DNA of 64,000 nucleotides from Spirochaetota bacterium (GTDB lineage Bacteria; Spirochaetota; UBA12135; COTS27; CBDBHE01). Position numbers and translations under genes: made by a program. The stretch covers positions 448,001-512,000 of the forward strand of contig CBDBHE010000007.1 of the NCBI GenBank assembly GCA_965205605.1. Reading direction: 5' to 3'. The stretch's first letter is position 1; each line of letters starts with the position of its first letter. Shown one piece after another: positions 27,527-37,284 of this stretch. The notes beneath the pieces were generated by a model. That model worked only from the letters and a program-made list of their open reading frames with translations. It ran no database searches and was not told the origin of the DNA.

Positions 27527-28744
27527 ATGATTATTAGAAATAACACCATTTTTTTCCATTGGCTAAGTATTTTAGACAAGAGATTTTTCATGTCTTTGAA
27601 GGCAATTATTTTAATTAAATTGGTATTAAAGCATACTTGCTTTTTTATTTTTAAAATTATTTTTTTAATTTATAAATTTACACTCAAATATAGATCACCT
27701 TCTCATTATAAAAAGATCACTCACGTTTATGTCATCTTGCCACCACCATTAGGTATTGGTGATCTCATTATGTTGTCGCCTTTGTTAGTTTACTTAAAAA
27801 AAAGCCTTGGTTTAGAAGTGACTTTGTTTACAAATTATACGCCACTTTTTTTAAAGCAAGAAATTAATTGGCTTTCATTTAAAGAGAAAGAGAGCTTTAA
27901 TAAGAAGAATTCTCTCATAATAGCCCCTTCCTTCACCATGAGAAATGTTTTTTATAGCCATAAAGCTAAATACTTTTTGGGTTATTTTTTTTTTCCGTCG
28001 GTTAGTTCCAATTTAAAATGCTTTAGGGAAAGCGTTCTTTCAAGTAAGGGTTATAATACAAAATTAGAACATTATTTTCATCGCACGAAGAGAATCATCA
28101 CTTACTTAGAAGCTATTTATAAAAAACCTTTTAAATTAACTTACCCTAAGCTTGAAGCAAGTCTTAAATTGAGTAAGTCTACTAGAAAAAAACTTTGTGT
28201 CGTTCATTCTTTTCCTAAGCCTCTGAAGCCTTATATTGTGATAGCGCCTTATTCTAATTGGATCGAAAGGCAGTACGGTGCTTATGAAGAAGTGATTCGA
28301 TCATTATTCAAAAAATATCGAGTACTTGTTATTGGGAGTGATAATTCTTTAGAAGTTCAATTTAATAAATCTTTATTAAGTCCCTTTTCACAAGAAAAAA
28401 ATTGTTACAACTTAACAGGTAAGCTCAATTTAAATGAAGTGATTTATCTTATGAATGAATGTCATTTATTTTTAGGCAATGATTCGGGACCGGCACACTT
28501 AGCATTTTTATCGGCAAAAAAAACTATCGTGATTTTTGGCTCTGTTTTGGCAAAGACAAGGTTGCCTTTACTTAAACAATACCAAAATAAGATAAATGTG
28601 TTTAGCAAAGAGAGTGAGTGTTGCTTTTATCCTTGTTATGACGGATTTCAAAAGCCAACTTGTAGACAAAAAAAACATAAGCAATTAATATGCCTTAAAG
28701 CTATTGAAGCAAAGGAAATTTTAAAAGCTTGTTTCTCTATTTAA
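27527..28744 (+). CDS. Glycosyltransferase family 9 (ADP-heptose:LPS heptosyltransferase-like)
   Basis: LGIGDLIMLSP, NLTGKLNL, FLGNDSGPAHLA; start uncertain. Confidence 0.88.
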   Translation: MIIRNNTIFFHWLSILDKRFFMSLKAIILIKLVLKHTCFFIFKIIFLIYKFTLKYRSPSHYKKITHVYVILPPPLGIGDLIMLSPLLVYLKKSLGLEVTLFTNYTPLFLKQEINWLSFKEKESFNKKNSLIIAPSFTMRNVFYSHKAKYFLGYFFFPSVSSNLKCFRESVLSSKGYNTKLEHYFHRTKRIITYLEAIYKKPFKLTYPKLEASLKLSKSTRKKLCVVHSFPKPLKPYIVIAPYSNWIERQYGAYEEVIRSLFKKYRVLVIGSDNSLEVQFNKSLLSPFSQEKNCYNLTGKLNLNEVIYLMNECHLFLGNDSGPAHLAFLSAKKTIVIFGSVLAKTRLPLLKQYQNKINVFSKESECCFYPCYDGFQKPTCRQKKHKQLICLKAIEAKEILKACFSI

Positions 28745-28937
28745 AAATAGTAGAAAATTAAGCTTTTAAGTTTAAAATTTTAAAACAGATCAGCTTATCT
28801 TAATAGAAGAGTTTTTCTTTAATAACCTTGTTGATGTTTTAAGTCTTAATCGTCTTAAGTGACGTCTTTCATCAATATTTTATCAGCAACAACAAGGCCA
28901 TTGTAAAGCCTAAGTAAATTTCAGCATCTCTGTTGAG

Positions 28938-29072
28938 TCAACGTTCTTTTTTTTGAAGGTATAGGGGAAATTTTCTTTTATTAAAGCTAATAAAACACAT
29001 AAAGGATATCGAGCAAGGCCTGTATAAATAGTAAATAGATTTTATGTGACGGGCATCGTAAATAATTTGCAT
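28938..29072 (-). pseudogene. Frameshifted remnant of a GT4 glycosyltransferase N-terminus
   Basis: Removing one copy of the TAAATAG duplication (29025-29038) restores MQIIYDARHIKSIYTGLARY, matching the GT4 'I.IDAR....TG..RY' start. Confidence 0.55.
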
Positions 29073-29838
29073 CAATGATTAGGACCTCGGAGTTTTTTTT
29101 CTTTTAATGCTGAATAAGATCGTTAAAATAAAATTAGCATCAGCGAACATCATAAAAAAAGCTGAGAATAAATAAATATGTTGAGGAATTTTATTATCAA
29201 TTTCTTTAATTTCTTGTAATTGATAAAAATATTTATCTCCTTTAAGTCTGATCACGGCTTAGTGTAAGGCATCTACAAATAATAGTAAAAAAAGCCATTA
29301 TATATAGGATTATATTATTTTCATTTTCTAATTTCTCTGAATTTTTTTTAACTTGAAAAATTAATGATGACGTGTTTTTCAAAAAAATTTCATTTAAAAA
29401 ATTTATTTTTTACTATCGATGATTTTTTTTTTAGATAATATATAAATTTTTTTCCACTCAAAAAAAAAACTTAAAAGAAATATATATTAATCTTTATGAA
29501 GAAATTGATTGAATAATATATTATTTTTTTAAAAAAATAATGAAGAAAGGAAAAAAGATTTTTCTTTTGCTTTTTTGATTAGAAAAGCAAACTAATTTTT
29601 TTGAATTTAAAGAAGTTAATTTTAAAATCAGTCGTTTGAATTTAGAAAAAAACCATTAGGCAAATTTAAAAAAAAGCTCATAGATATCAATTATTATTTT
29701 ATTAGTTGGTTACAAGAAAATAGTTTTTTTGTTGATTTTTTTTTTAAAAGATTAAATCTTTTTAAATCGTGAAAAAAGCACCAGGTTTTCTTTAAAAAAA
29801 AGAATCATCTTATTAAAACAGCCTTATAATCTTTATTT

Positions 29839-30176
29839 TGGAGATGGCGGGAGTCGAACCCGCGTCCAATAAGTGGTCCAATAATGTTCTACATGTTTAG
29901 TCTCTTATTTTAATTTAAACCCTTTGTTTGATAAGAGACAAAAAAAACAAAGAGTCGAGTTTTCTTTTTTTAAGCCCGTTGCTGAAAACAATTCAACGAA
30001 CCGATCCACACAAGAGTTATAACAAAAACATCACAACAGTGTCCTTTATAATGTTTCCGCGTAGCTATTAAATTAAGCTGCGAGCGCTAGATTTTCGTCT
30101 GCACTTATTGCGTTTTGCGTGTCGCAACGGCATGCTAATTATTTTTCCTTCTTACTGTCGAAGCCATTACATCCCC
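29839..30176 (-). ncRNA. ssrA: tmRNA (SsrA)
   Basis: 5' GGGGATGTAATGGCTTCGAC; 3' GACGCGGGTTCGACTCCCGCCATCTCCA; acceptor stem with G3.U; tag ORF 30102-30073 encodes (A)ADENLALAA*; CCA not encoded. Confidence 0.96.
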
Positions 30177-30192
30177 TTTTTTTTAAAAATAA

Positions 30193-30221
30193 ATTTTAAA
30201 TAGAAATTTGACAAATGTCAA
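30193..30221 (-). promoter_or_regulatory. ssrA promoter
   Basis: Minus strand TTGACA (30221-30216), 17 bp, TAAAAT (30198-30193). Confidence 0.7.
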
Positions 30222-30340
30222 TTTTTTTCTATAAGTATTTTACATCATTAAGCAAATTTTTATCTTTGTTTAATGATTGATAATTTATAAAAATAAAACG
30301 ATAAATACAGAACAGCAGTAAAGGCAATAGGAAAATTAGA

Positions 30341-31279
30341 ATGAGAAAAGCACAATTAAGAGAGAAGACTTTTGTTGATATTTATTTCAATGATATTTTT
30401 CAAATCCCTCTTCTTTCTAGAGAAGAAGAGATTTTTTTAGCTAAAAAATATACAGGTTATAAAATTAAAGAAAAAACTTTAAAAGAAAGGAAATCGAAGG
30501 GTGAAAATATTCTTGATTATTCTGAAAAAATAAATTATTTTGTTTTAAAACAAGAAAACTATAAAAATCAAATGATTCAAGGGAATTATCGTTTGGTTGT
30601 TAGTATTGCAAAATGTTATCGGACTCAACATTTTCATTTATCAGATTTGATTGATGAAGGTAATTTAGGGTTAATTAAAGCTGTTGAAAAATTTGACCAT
30701 CGAAAAGGGTTTCGTTTTTCTACTTTTGCTATTAGATGGATTAAGCAACATATTACCAAAGCGATTATTGATAAAGGTAGAATGATACGCATACCTGTTC
30801 ATCTTGATAAATTGATTACAAAATATAAGAAAGTTACTTCCAGATATCAAAAAATATATGGAGAATCTCCTTCTAAAGAATATCTTGAAAAAGCACTCGA
30901 TGTTCCTTATGAAAAAATTGAATCTGCTTTAGCGCTTCCGGGTAAAACCTCTTCTCTTGATGTCAAAATTTTTGAAACAGGCAAAGAAATTAGTGAACTC
31001 ATCGTTGATAAAGAAGATCGCTATAATCCTCATGAAGAAACAAGTAAGGTTATTTTGAAAGAAACTTTAGATAAGATTTTATCTTCTTTAGAGGAAAAAG
31101 AAAGAATGGTTTTAAAGATGCGTTATGGTTTTGATGGCAATGAAAGAATGACTTTAGATAAAATTGGGAAAAAACTCGGTATTACAAGAGAACGAGTAAG
31201 GCAAATTCAATCAACGGTTCTTAAAAAAATGCGTAATTTAAAAGCTTGTAGTAATTTAAAAGTTTTTCTTACTCACTAA
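30341..31279 (+). CDS. RNA polymerase sigma70-family factor, RpoD/RpoS-like, lacking region 1.1
   Basis: PLLSREEE (1.2), NYRLVVSIAK, DLIDEGNLGLIKAVEKFD, IRIPVH, TLDKIG..LGITRERVRQI (4.2). Confidence 0.92.
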   Translation: MRKAQLREKTFVDIYFNDIFQIPLLSREEEIFLAKKYTGYKIKEKTLKERKSKGENILDYSEKINYFVLKQENYKNQMIQGNYRLVVSIAKCYRTQHFHLSDLIDEGNLGLIKAVEKFDHRKGFRFSTFAIRWIKQHITKAIIDKGRMIRIPVHLDKLITKYKKVTSRYQKIYGESPSKEYLEKALDVPYEKIESALALPGKTSSLDVKIFETGKEISELIVDKEDRYNPHEETSKVILKETLDKILSSLEEKERMVLKMRYGFDGNERMTLDKIGKKLGITRERVRQIQSTVLKKMRNLKACSNLKVFLTH

Positions 31280-31312
31280 AGATGTGCTTTCATTAAGTCG
31301 ATATTTAGTAAC

Positions 31313-32563
31313 GTGGGAGTTACTCGTATTTTTAAAAAACTCGATGTTAATGTTAATTTAAAAAATATTGATATTTGTAATCCTGATAGGATTGAACTAA
31401 ATACTTCTCTTTCTATTAAAAAAAATCATTTTTTTAAAAAACCTTCTTCCAAATTAAAAACTTTTGATTTTTCAGGTTATACGGCTTATCCAGGTTTACT
31501 TAATGCTCATGATCATCTTTTAGGGACTTACTTACCTAAAGTAGGTAATGGTCCTTATCTTAATTGGAAACCTTGGGATGAAGATTTAAAAGCTTCTAGT
31601 TTATATAAAGAGCGTTCTCGAATTTCTAAAAAAGATCTTTATCTTTTAGGTTCTTATCGTCAAATTCTCTCGGGGGTTACGACGGTCAGTGATCATATTC
31701 CTCACCGTGTTCATTTAGATGTTCTTGACGAATGTCATGTACGTGTAGTAAAAGATTTTTCTTTAAGTCATGAGGCTTCTTCTTACGACTTAAATTGGGG
31801 AGATGGATTAAAAAAAGAAATTAAAAAATCTAGAAAAAAGCATCTTCCTTATATTTGTCATCTTGAAGAAGGGTATGATGGAGAAGCTAAAGAAGGCACT
31901 AATATTTTAGAAAGTTATGGAGGCTTATCGATGTTTAGTGTGTTGATTCACTGTATTTCTTGTGATCAAAAAGATATAGACTTAATGGCAAAAAGAAAGG
32001 TTAATGTTGTGTGGTGTCCTATTTCTAATATTTTTATGTTTGATGATACCGCTAATATTAAAGCTTTTTTAAAGGCAGGGGTCAATATTTGTATTGGAAC
32101 GGATTCACCTATGTCAGGGGGAATGAATTTGTTTGAAGAGCTTATAGAAGCGAAGAAGATTTATAAAAAAATGCATGGACAAGTAATTTCAGATCAAATT
32201 CTTTTTAAAATGGTGACGATCAATTCAGCCAAAGCTTTTGGGTTTAATCCTTATTTAGGCAGTATTACAGAAGGAAAATTTGCTGATTTAATTATTTTAA
32301 AAAATGATTCTCATGGGGATCGATATCGTCAACTTGTTAATGCTAAGATTACAGATTTAGAAATTGTTTTCAGATCTGGAATTCCTTTGTTTTTTAAAGA
32401 GAAATATAAAAAATTTATCAAAAAAAAAAAGTATTATCAAAAAGTGGTTATCGGTGGTCAACTTTATTATTTGATTGGCAAGCCCTTAGATCTTAAAAAA
32501 AGAATTAATAAAATAGTTGGTTTTGAAAAAAAATTATCTTTTTTTCCTATTTTCCCTGTATAA
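31313..32563 (+). CDS. Amidohydrolase-superfamily metalloenzyme (deaminase-like)
   Basis: PGLLNAHDH (HxH), HLEEG (HxxE), IHC, WCPISN, IGTDSP, GSITEGKFADL. Confidence 0.88.
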   Translation: MGVTRIFKKLDVNVNLKNIDICNPDRIELNTSLSIKKNHFFKKPSSKLKTFDFSGYTAYPGLLNAHDHLLGTYLPKVGNGPYLNWKPWDEDLKASSLYKERSRISKKDLYLLGSYRQILSGVTTVSDHIPHRVHLDVLDECHVRVVKDFSLSHEASSYDLNWGDGLKKEIKKSRKKHLPYICHLEEGYDGEAKEGTNILESYGGLSMFSVLIHCISCDQKDIDLMAKRKVNVVWCPISNIFMFDDTANIKAFLKAGVNICIGTDSPMSGGMNLFEELIEAKKIYKKMHGQVISDQILFKMVTINSAKAFGFNPYLGSITEGKFADLIILKNDSHGDRYRQLVNAKITDLEIVFRSGIPLFFKEKYKKFIKKKKYYQKVVIGGQLYYLIGKPLDLKKRINKIVGFEKKLSFFPIFPV

Positions 32564-32572
32564 TATTTAATT

Positions 32573-32649
32573 AACTGAGAGTAAACTGAGAGTAAACTGA
32601 GAGTAAACTGAGAGTAAACTGAGAGTAAACTGAGAGTAAACTGAGAGTA
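32573..32649 (+). repeat. Perfect tandem repeat (AACTGAGAGTA)x7
   Basis: Units start at 32573, 32584, 32595, 32606, 32617, 32628 and 32639; array ends 4 nt before ATG 32654. Confidence 0.97.
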
Positions 32650-32653
32650 AATC

Positions 32654-33247
32654 ATGCCATTTGCTAAAGAATTTAAAAAAAATTCAATTATTTATTTTGA
32701 TGGTGATCATAAAGATCACAATGCATTTTTATTAAAAAGTGGCATTTGTACTCGAACAAAAACGTCTTCTGAAACAGAAGAGTTGGAAGTTACTCGTTTA
32801 AATATAGGTGAGTTTTTTGGAGTGAAATCTGCTTTAGGTCGTTTTAGGCGTGATGAAACGGTGCAAATTAAAGAGAAGAGCGTGGTTTATATTTTTACTC
32901 CAGGTGAATTTGAACAAGTGATTAAAAAAAATATTAGTGTTATTTTTAAAATTTTACGTGCTTTTTCTAATGAATTAAGATCCATTCACAGAGCTATTGA
33001 AAGCACTTTAAGAGGACAAACTTTTGGAGTGTCTACTTCAGAGGATGATAAATTTAAAGAAATCGGGGATTATTATTTTTCTAAAAAATTATACATGCGT
33101 TCTTTGTATGTGTATAAACGTTGTTTGAAAATAGAGCCAAACACGCCTTATAAAGAAGAAATACTTAAAAAAATAGAAGATATTAAAGAGTTAACTTCTT
33201 CTTTAAATGAAGAAAATACTTCAACAAAAATTAATCAAGAGACTTAA
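32654..33247 (+). CDS. Cyclic nucleotide-binding domain protein with C-terminal TPR-like helix pair
   Basis: IIYFDGD, LNIGEFFG, RRDETV; EIGDYYF...VYKRCL..EP. Confidence 0.82.
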   Translation: MPFAKEFKKNSIIYFDGDHKDHNAFLLKSGICTRTKTSSETEELEVTRLNIGEFFGVKSALGRFRRDETVQIKEKSVVYIFTPGEFEQVIKKNISVIFKILRAFSNELRSIHRAIESTLRGQTFGVSTSEDDKFKEIGDYYFSKKLYMRSLYVYKRCLKIEPNTPYKEEILKKIEDIKELTSSLNEENTSTKINQET

Positions 33248-33252
33248 ATCAA

Positions 33253-33909
33253 ATGGTAGATGTATTTGAAAAGCATGCAGTTTTTAAAAAAAAGGGAGAA
33301 ATTGTTTTTTGTGAACATGAAATTGGAAACACTCTTTTTTTTATTCAAGATGGGTATGTTCGTCTTAGTAAAATAGCTTCTAATAAAGAAAAAACGCTTG
33401 CTGACTTAGGCCCTGGTGAAATTATTGGGGAAATGGCTATTTTAGAAAAAATGCCTCGATCAGCGACTTGTATTGCTTTAACAGATGTTAAGTTTTTAGA
33501 GTTAGGGAATGAAAATTTTTCTAAATTAGTTGAGTTTAAACCTGAAATAGGGGTCAAGTTACTTAAAATTCTTTCTAATCGAATTAAAGATCAAAAAAGA
33601 AAACTTAAAATCATTCGTTTACCAGATGATGAACTGAAAATCATTGATACATTTTTAATGTTAGATGAAAACTCTCATCACAATAGTGATGAACATAGCG
33701 ATGTAAAACGAGAACAAATTTTTGAAATTGATGCAGAAGATTTAGCTAGTTGGTCAGGGATGTCAGCAGCTAGTTGTGGTAATATTTTAAAAACATTAGA
33801 ACGCACAGGTAAGATTTCTTGTGAAAGTAATAAAATCAAGGTTTATAATATCAATCATTTCCGCTTAGTGATTGAATCCAGGCGAAGGCTAATGGGTAGT
33901 AGAAGTTGA
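33253..33909 (+). CDS. Crp/Fnr-family cNMP-binding transcriptional regulator
   Basis: [24 protein letters not shown] (phosphate-binding cassette), C-terminal HTH-like EDLASWSG. Confidence 0.85.
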   Translation: MVDVFEKHAVFKKKGEIVFCEHEIGNTLFFIQDGYVRLSKIASNKEKTLADLGPGEIIGEMAILEKMPRSATCIALTDVKFLELGNENFSKLVEFKPEIGVKLLKILSNRIKDQKRKLKIIRLPDDELKIIDTFLMLDENSHHNSDEHSDVKREQIFEIDAEDLASWSGMSAASCGNILKTLERTGKISCESNKIKVYNINHFRLVIESRRRLMGSRS

Positions 33910-34958
33910 TTAAACAAGCTGAAGGCTTTGTTAAACGTTATAAAACTCTTCAAAATCGTTTCGCTACGATCGATTTTAAAAATAAAGACGATAAAGACCT
34001 TTTAATCGAATTTAAAAAAATAAAACCTATTGTTGAATTATATCAACAATTGTTGTCTGTTCAAAAACAAATCGTTGATTGTAAAGAGATCTTTTGTTCT
34101 AATAAGGAATCAAACGACTATAAACAAATCGCTTTTGAAGAAAAAGAGGCCCTTGAAATTAAAGAAAAAATTCTTTTAGAAAAGCTCAATCTGTTGTTGA
34201 CTCCAGAGGATCCTTATAATAAAAAAAATGTTATTATCGAAATTAGAGCTGGCACTGGTGGAGATGAATCTTCTTTATTTGCTTATGATCTTTTTCGAGC
34301 TTATTCTTTTTATATTGATAAGAAGAAGTTTAAATTAGAGATAATGGCTTATTCGACTTCGGATACTAAAGGCTATAAAGAAGTTGTTTTTTCTGTCAGT
34401 GGCCATAATGCTTACAAGTACTTTAAACATGAAACAGGTGTCCATCGAGTCCAGCGTGTGCCCGAAACAGAATCAAGTGGTCGCATCCATACTTCAACAA
34501 TAACCGTTGCCGTTCTTTTAGAAGCAGAAGAAAATGAAATAGACATTAAAGAAAATGACCTTAGAATCGATACCTATCGAGCAAGCGGTTCAGGAGGTCA
34601 ACATGTTAATAAAACAGATTCAGCTGTTAGGCTTACTCACTTGCCAACAGGTATTGTTGTTACTTGTCAAGATGAAAAATCTCAAATAAAAAATAAAACA
34701 AAAGCCATGAAAGTCCTTAGAGCACGTATTTATGAAAAACATCTTTTAGAAGAAAAACAAAAACAAGATTCTTTAAGAAAACAACAAGTCGGTACAGGTG
34801 AGCGATCAGAAAAAATAAGGACTTACAACTTCCCTCAAGGAAGAGTTACCGATCATCGGATTAATAAAACTTTTCATAAACTAGACCTTTTTTTAGAAGG
34901 CAATATGGATGAAATGATTCAAGCTCTTTTACTAGCTTCTACTGAATTAAAAGACTAA
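33906..34958 (+). CDS. prfA: Peptide chain release factor 1
   Basis: [19 protein letters not shown] (PxT), [25 protein letters not shown]. Confidence 0.96.
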   Translation: MIKQAEGFVKRYKTLQNRFATIDFKNKDDKDLLIEFKKIKPIVELYQQLLSVQKQIVDCKEIFCSNKESNDYKQIAFEEKEALEIKEKILLEKLNLLLTPEDPYNKKNVIIEIRAGTGGDESSLFAYDLFRAYSFYIDKKKFKLEIMAYSTSDTKGYKEVVFSVSGHNAYKYFKHETGVHRVQRVPETESSGRIHTSTITVAVLLEAEENEIDIKENDLRIDTYRASGSGGQHVNKTDSAVRLTHLPTGIVVTCQDEKSQIKNKTKAMKVLRARIYEKHLLEEKQKQDSLRKQQVGTGERSEKIRTYNFPQGRVTDHRINKTFHKLDLFLEGNMDEMIQALLLASTELKD

Positions 34959-34979
34959 TTTTTTTTTTTAAAAAATTTT

Positions 34980-35819
34980 TTGTTTAAAAAAATTAATTTA
35001 TTTGCATTTCGTTTTTTTTTACTTCGTTTTTTTTCTCTTAATCAAAACGATCTCGATGTTCTTTTTTCTTTTAGGCTTAAAATCGCCCATCACTTACTTT
35101 TAATAGAAGACAAAAGTCTTTCTTTTTGGGATTGTTGTTGGCTTTTTTTTCAAAGTTTTCATTTACATCGTCATAAACCGCTTGCTTTCATTATTCAAAG
35201 TGTTTTTTTTTATGAAAATTTTTTTTTGGTTAATCGACATGTTTTAATTCCAAGACCCGAAACAGAAGAATTAGTAAACTTGGTTTTAAAAAACAAAACT
35301 TCTTTTTTTGAGAAAAGACTACTTGATTTGGGAACAGGGTGTGGGAACATTGCTATTTCTCTTAAGAAAAAAATTAATAGTTTAGATCTGTATGCACTTG
35401 ATATTTCTAGAAAAGCTTTAAAGATGGCTTCTAAAAATGCAAAAAAAATTTTAGGATTAGGTCATGGGATCAAGTGGCTTCATGTTGATTTTTATCAATC
35501 ATCATTTTTTAACTTAAGGCTTTTTGATATTATCGTTTCCAACCCCCCTTACGTTGCTACTAGAGAAAAACAAAGTTTAGATCCTTCTGTTTTAAATTAT
35601 GAGCCTCACTTGGCTTTGTTTGCTGGCATTGAAGGGCTTGATTTTTATACAAGACTTTCAAGCATCATTCCTTCACTTTTAAAAAAAGGAGGATGGCTTT
35701 ATTTAGAAATAGGAAAAGGACAGGATAAGGCGATTGTGAATTTATTTTGTTTTTTTTCTTTCCATAATATAATGACCGATATTAATGGGGTGAAAAGATT
35801 TTTTGTTGGTAAACTTTAA
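34980..35819 (+). CDS. prmC: Release factor glutamine methyltransferase PrmC/HemK
   Basis: VLIPRPETEELV, DLGTGCG, SNPPY, EPHLALF. Confidence 0.93.
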   Translation: MFKKINLFAFRFFLLRFFSLNQNDLDVLFSFRLKIAHHLLLIEDKSLSFWDCCWLFFQSFHLHRHKPLAFIIQSVFFYENFFLVNRHVLIPRPETEELVNLVLKNKTSFFEKRLLDLGTGCGNIAISLKKKINSLDLYALDISRKALKMASKNAKKILGLGHGIKWLHVDFYQSSFFNLRLFDIIVSNPPYVATREKQSLDPSVLNYEPHLALFAGIEGLDFYTRLSSIIPSLLKKGGWLYLEIGKGQDKAIVNLFCFFSFHNIMTDINGVKRFFVGKL

Positions 35820-35845
35820 ATTTAAATTAAATAGGAGTTACTATT

Positions 35846-36802
35846 TTGAATATTTTATTTTATCTAAAAAAAAAACAAATGATTATTTTAATGATTTTGT
35901 TTTCTTTATGTTTTTTACTGGGTCTTTATCGGAATCTTTTAGTTTCTAATAAACACACGATTACAAAAATCACAACTTCAAATTTTGCTCATCCTATGAA
36001 AAAAGGAATTTATGTTCTAGAAATTTTTTTTCCTATTTATTACGCAAGAAAAGCACATACAGGGGTTGCTTTTTGGGTCAAACAAATAGAAAAATGCCAA
36101 AAAGATCCTAATATTTTAGGCCTTTTACTACGTATCAATTCTCCAGGGGGATCGATTGGAGCTTCTCAAGAAATGTATGAAGCTTTAAAACGATTTAAAA
36201 AATCAGGGAAAAAATTAGTCGTTTCAATCATTGATATTTGTGCTTCGGGAGCTTATTATATTTCTCTTCCAGCTGATAAAATTGTTGCCAATCCAGGCTC
36301 TTTAATTGGTTCTATTGGAGTGATCATGACAACGCCTAATCTAAGTAAGCTTTATAAAAAATGGGGCATCGGTTTTAATGTCATTAAATCAAAAGAAGAT
36401 AAAGATATTTTTGCAAGTTATCGAGACATGAAAGATGAAGAAAGAAATTTTCTTCAAAGATTGGTAAGCGAAATGCACCAACAATTCATCACAGAAGTCG
36501 TTTATTGGAGAAGTATTAAGTCTTCAACTAACATCATTCGTAAAAGAGCCAGTGGGCTAGTGTATTCAGCAAGTCAATCAAAAAGTTATGGATTTATTGA
36601 TGAAATTGGAGATTTTGATAAAGCGAAAACCATTTTAGCTGATTTATGTGGTTTGGATAAAAAAAATCTTGTTATTAAAAATCGAAAATTTAATTATGAA
36701 AATTTTTTTTATTTACTTCCTTCTACAGATTTTTTTTCCTCTTTCTTTAAAAATCTTTTTTTTGAAAAACAACCTTCTCCTTTAGAGTATAAATTACCTT
36801 GA
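35846..36802 (+). CDS. sppA: Signal peptide peptidase SppA (short form)
   Basis: RINSPGGS, CASGAYYI, GSIGV. Confidence 0.92.
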   Translation: MNILFYLKKKQMIILMILFSLCFLLGLYRNLLVSNKHTITKITTSNFAHPMKKGIYVLEIFFPIYYARKAHTGVAFWVKQIEKCQKDPNILGLLLRINSPGGSIGASQEMYEALKRFKKSGKKLVVSIIDICASGAYYISLPADKIVANPGSLIGSIGVIMTTPNLSKLYKKWGIGFNVIKSKEDKDIFASYRDMKDEERNFLQRLVSEMHQQFITEVVYWRSIKSSTNIIRKRASGLVYSASQSKSYGFIDEIGDFDKAKTILADLCGLDKKNLVIKNRKFNYENFFYLLPSTDFFSSFFKNLFFEKQPSPLEYKLP

Positions 36803-37284
36803 TTTTTCTTTTAAAACTGATTTATCGAAACCCTCGTTTTTATTATTTTATTTTAACTTTCTCTGTCTTTCTTACTTTTTCAAAAACTCCTTTTTATCAA
36901 GGACTTTTTATCTTCAAGTATCTATTATTTGCGCTATTTCTTTTAATGCTAATTAAAACTTTTTATTTATTTTTTTGTCATAAATTATTTAAAACATTAC
37001 CCCTTTCTTCTTTTAACAAGAAAGTGGTTTATCATCTTTTTTTATCTAATTCTTTATTGTTTTTATTTTTACTCCCTTTAAGTTTTCTTTTTGAAAATCG
37101 AATGATTTCTTTTTTTCTTTTTTCTTTTAGCTTTTTTATTTACTTTTTTAGTGTTTTTAAAAAACTTTCTTTAAAATTAAGGACTTCTTTCGGGTTTCTT
37201 TTTGGGACTTTTTTTTATTCTTCTTTTTTAATGACATTTGTTAGCTGGGTTGTTTTTCTTCCTTGGTTGTTTTTATTTTTGTGA
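36799..37284 (+). CDS. Hypothetical multi-pass membrane protein
   Basis: Phe/Leu-rich ORF overlapping both neighbours in the operon; no recognisable motif. Confidence 0.5.
   Translation: MIFLLKLIYRNPRFYYFILTFSVFLTFSKTPFYQGLFIFKYLLFALFLLMLIKTFYLFFCHKLFKTLPLSSFNKKVVYHLFLSNSLLFLFLLPLSFLFENRMISFFLFSFSFFIYFFSVFKKLSLKLRTSFGFLFGTFFYSSFLMTFVSWVVFLPWLFLFL

Noticed and set aside
29085-29800. Possible ncRNA or small gene in the ORF-less stretch
   Set aside because: Very AT-rich with no stable stems; only stop-riddled hydrophobic frames, so it cannot be assigned
29839-29870. tRNA-like T-arm and acceptor
   Set aside because: It is the 3' tRNA-like domain of tmRNA; the matching 5' end and tag ORF are present
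32573-32649. Repeat array as CRISPR; ORF 32467-32655 (-)
   Set aside because: 11-bp units with no spacers and no cas genes; the ORF is just the antisense translation of the repeat
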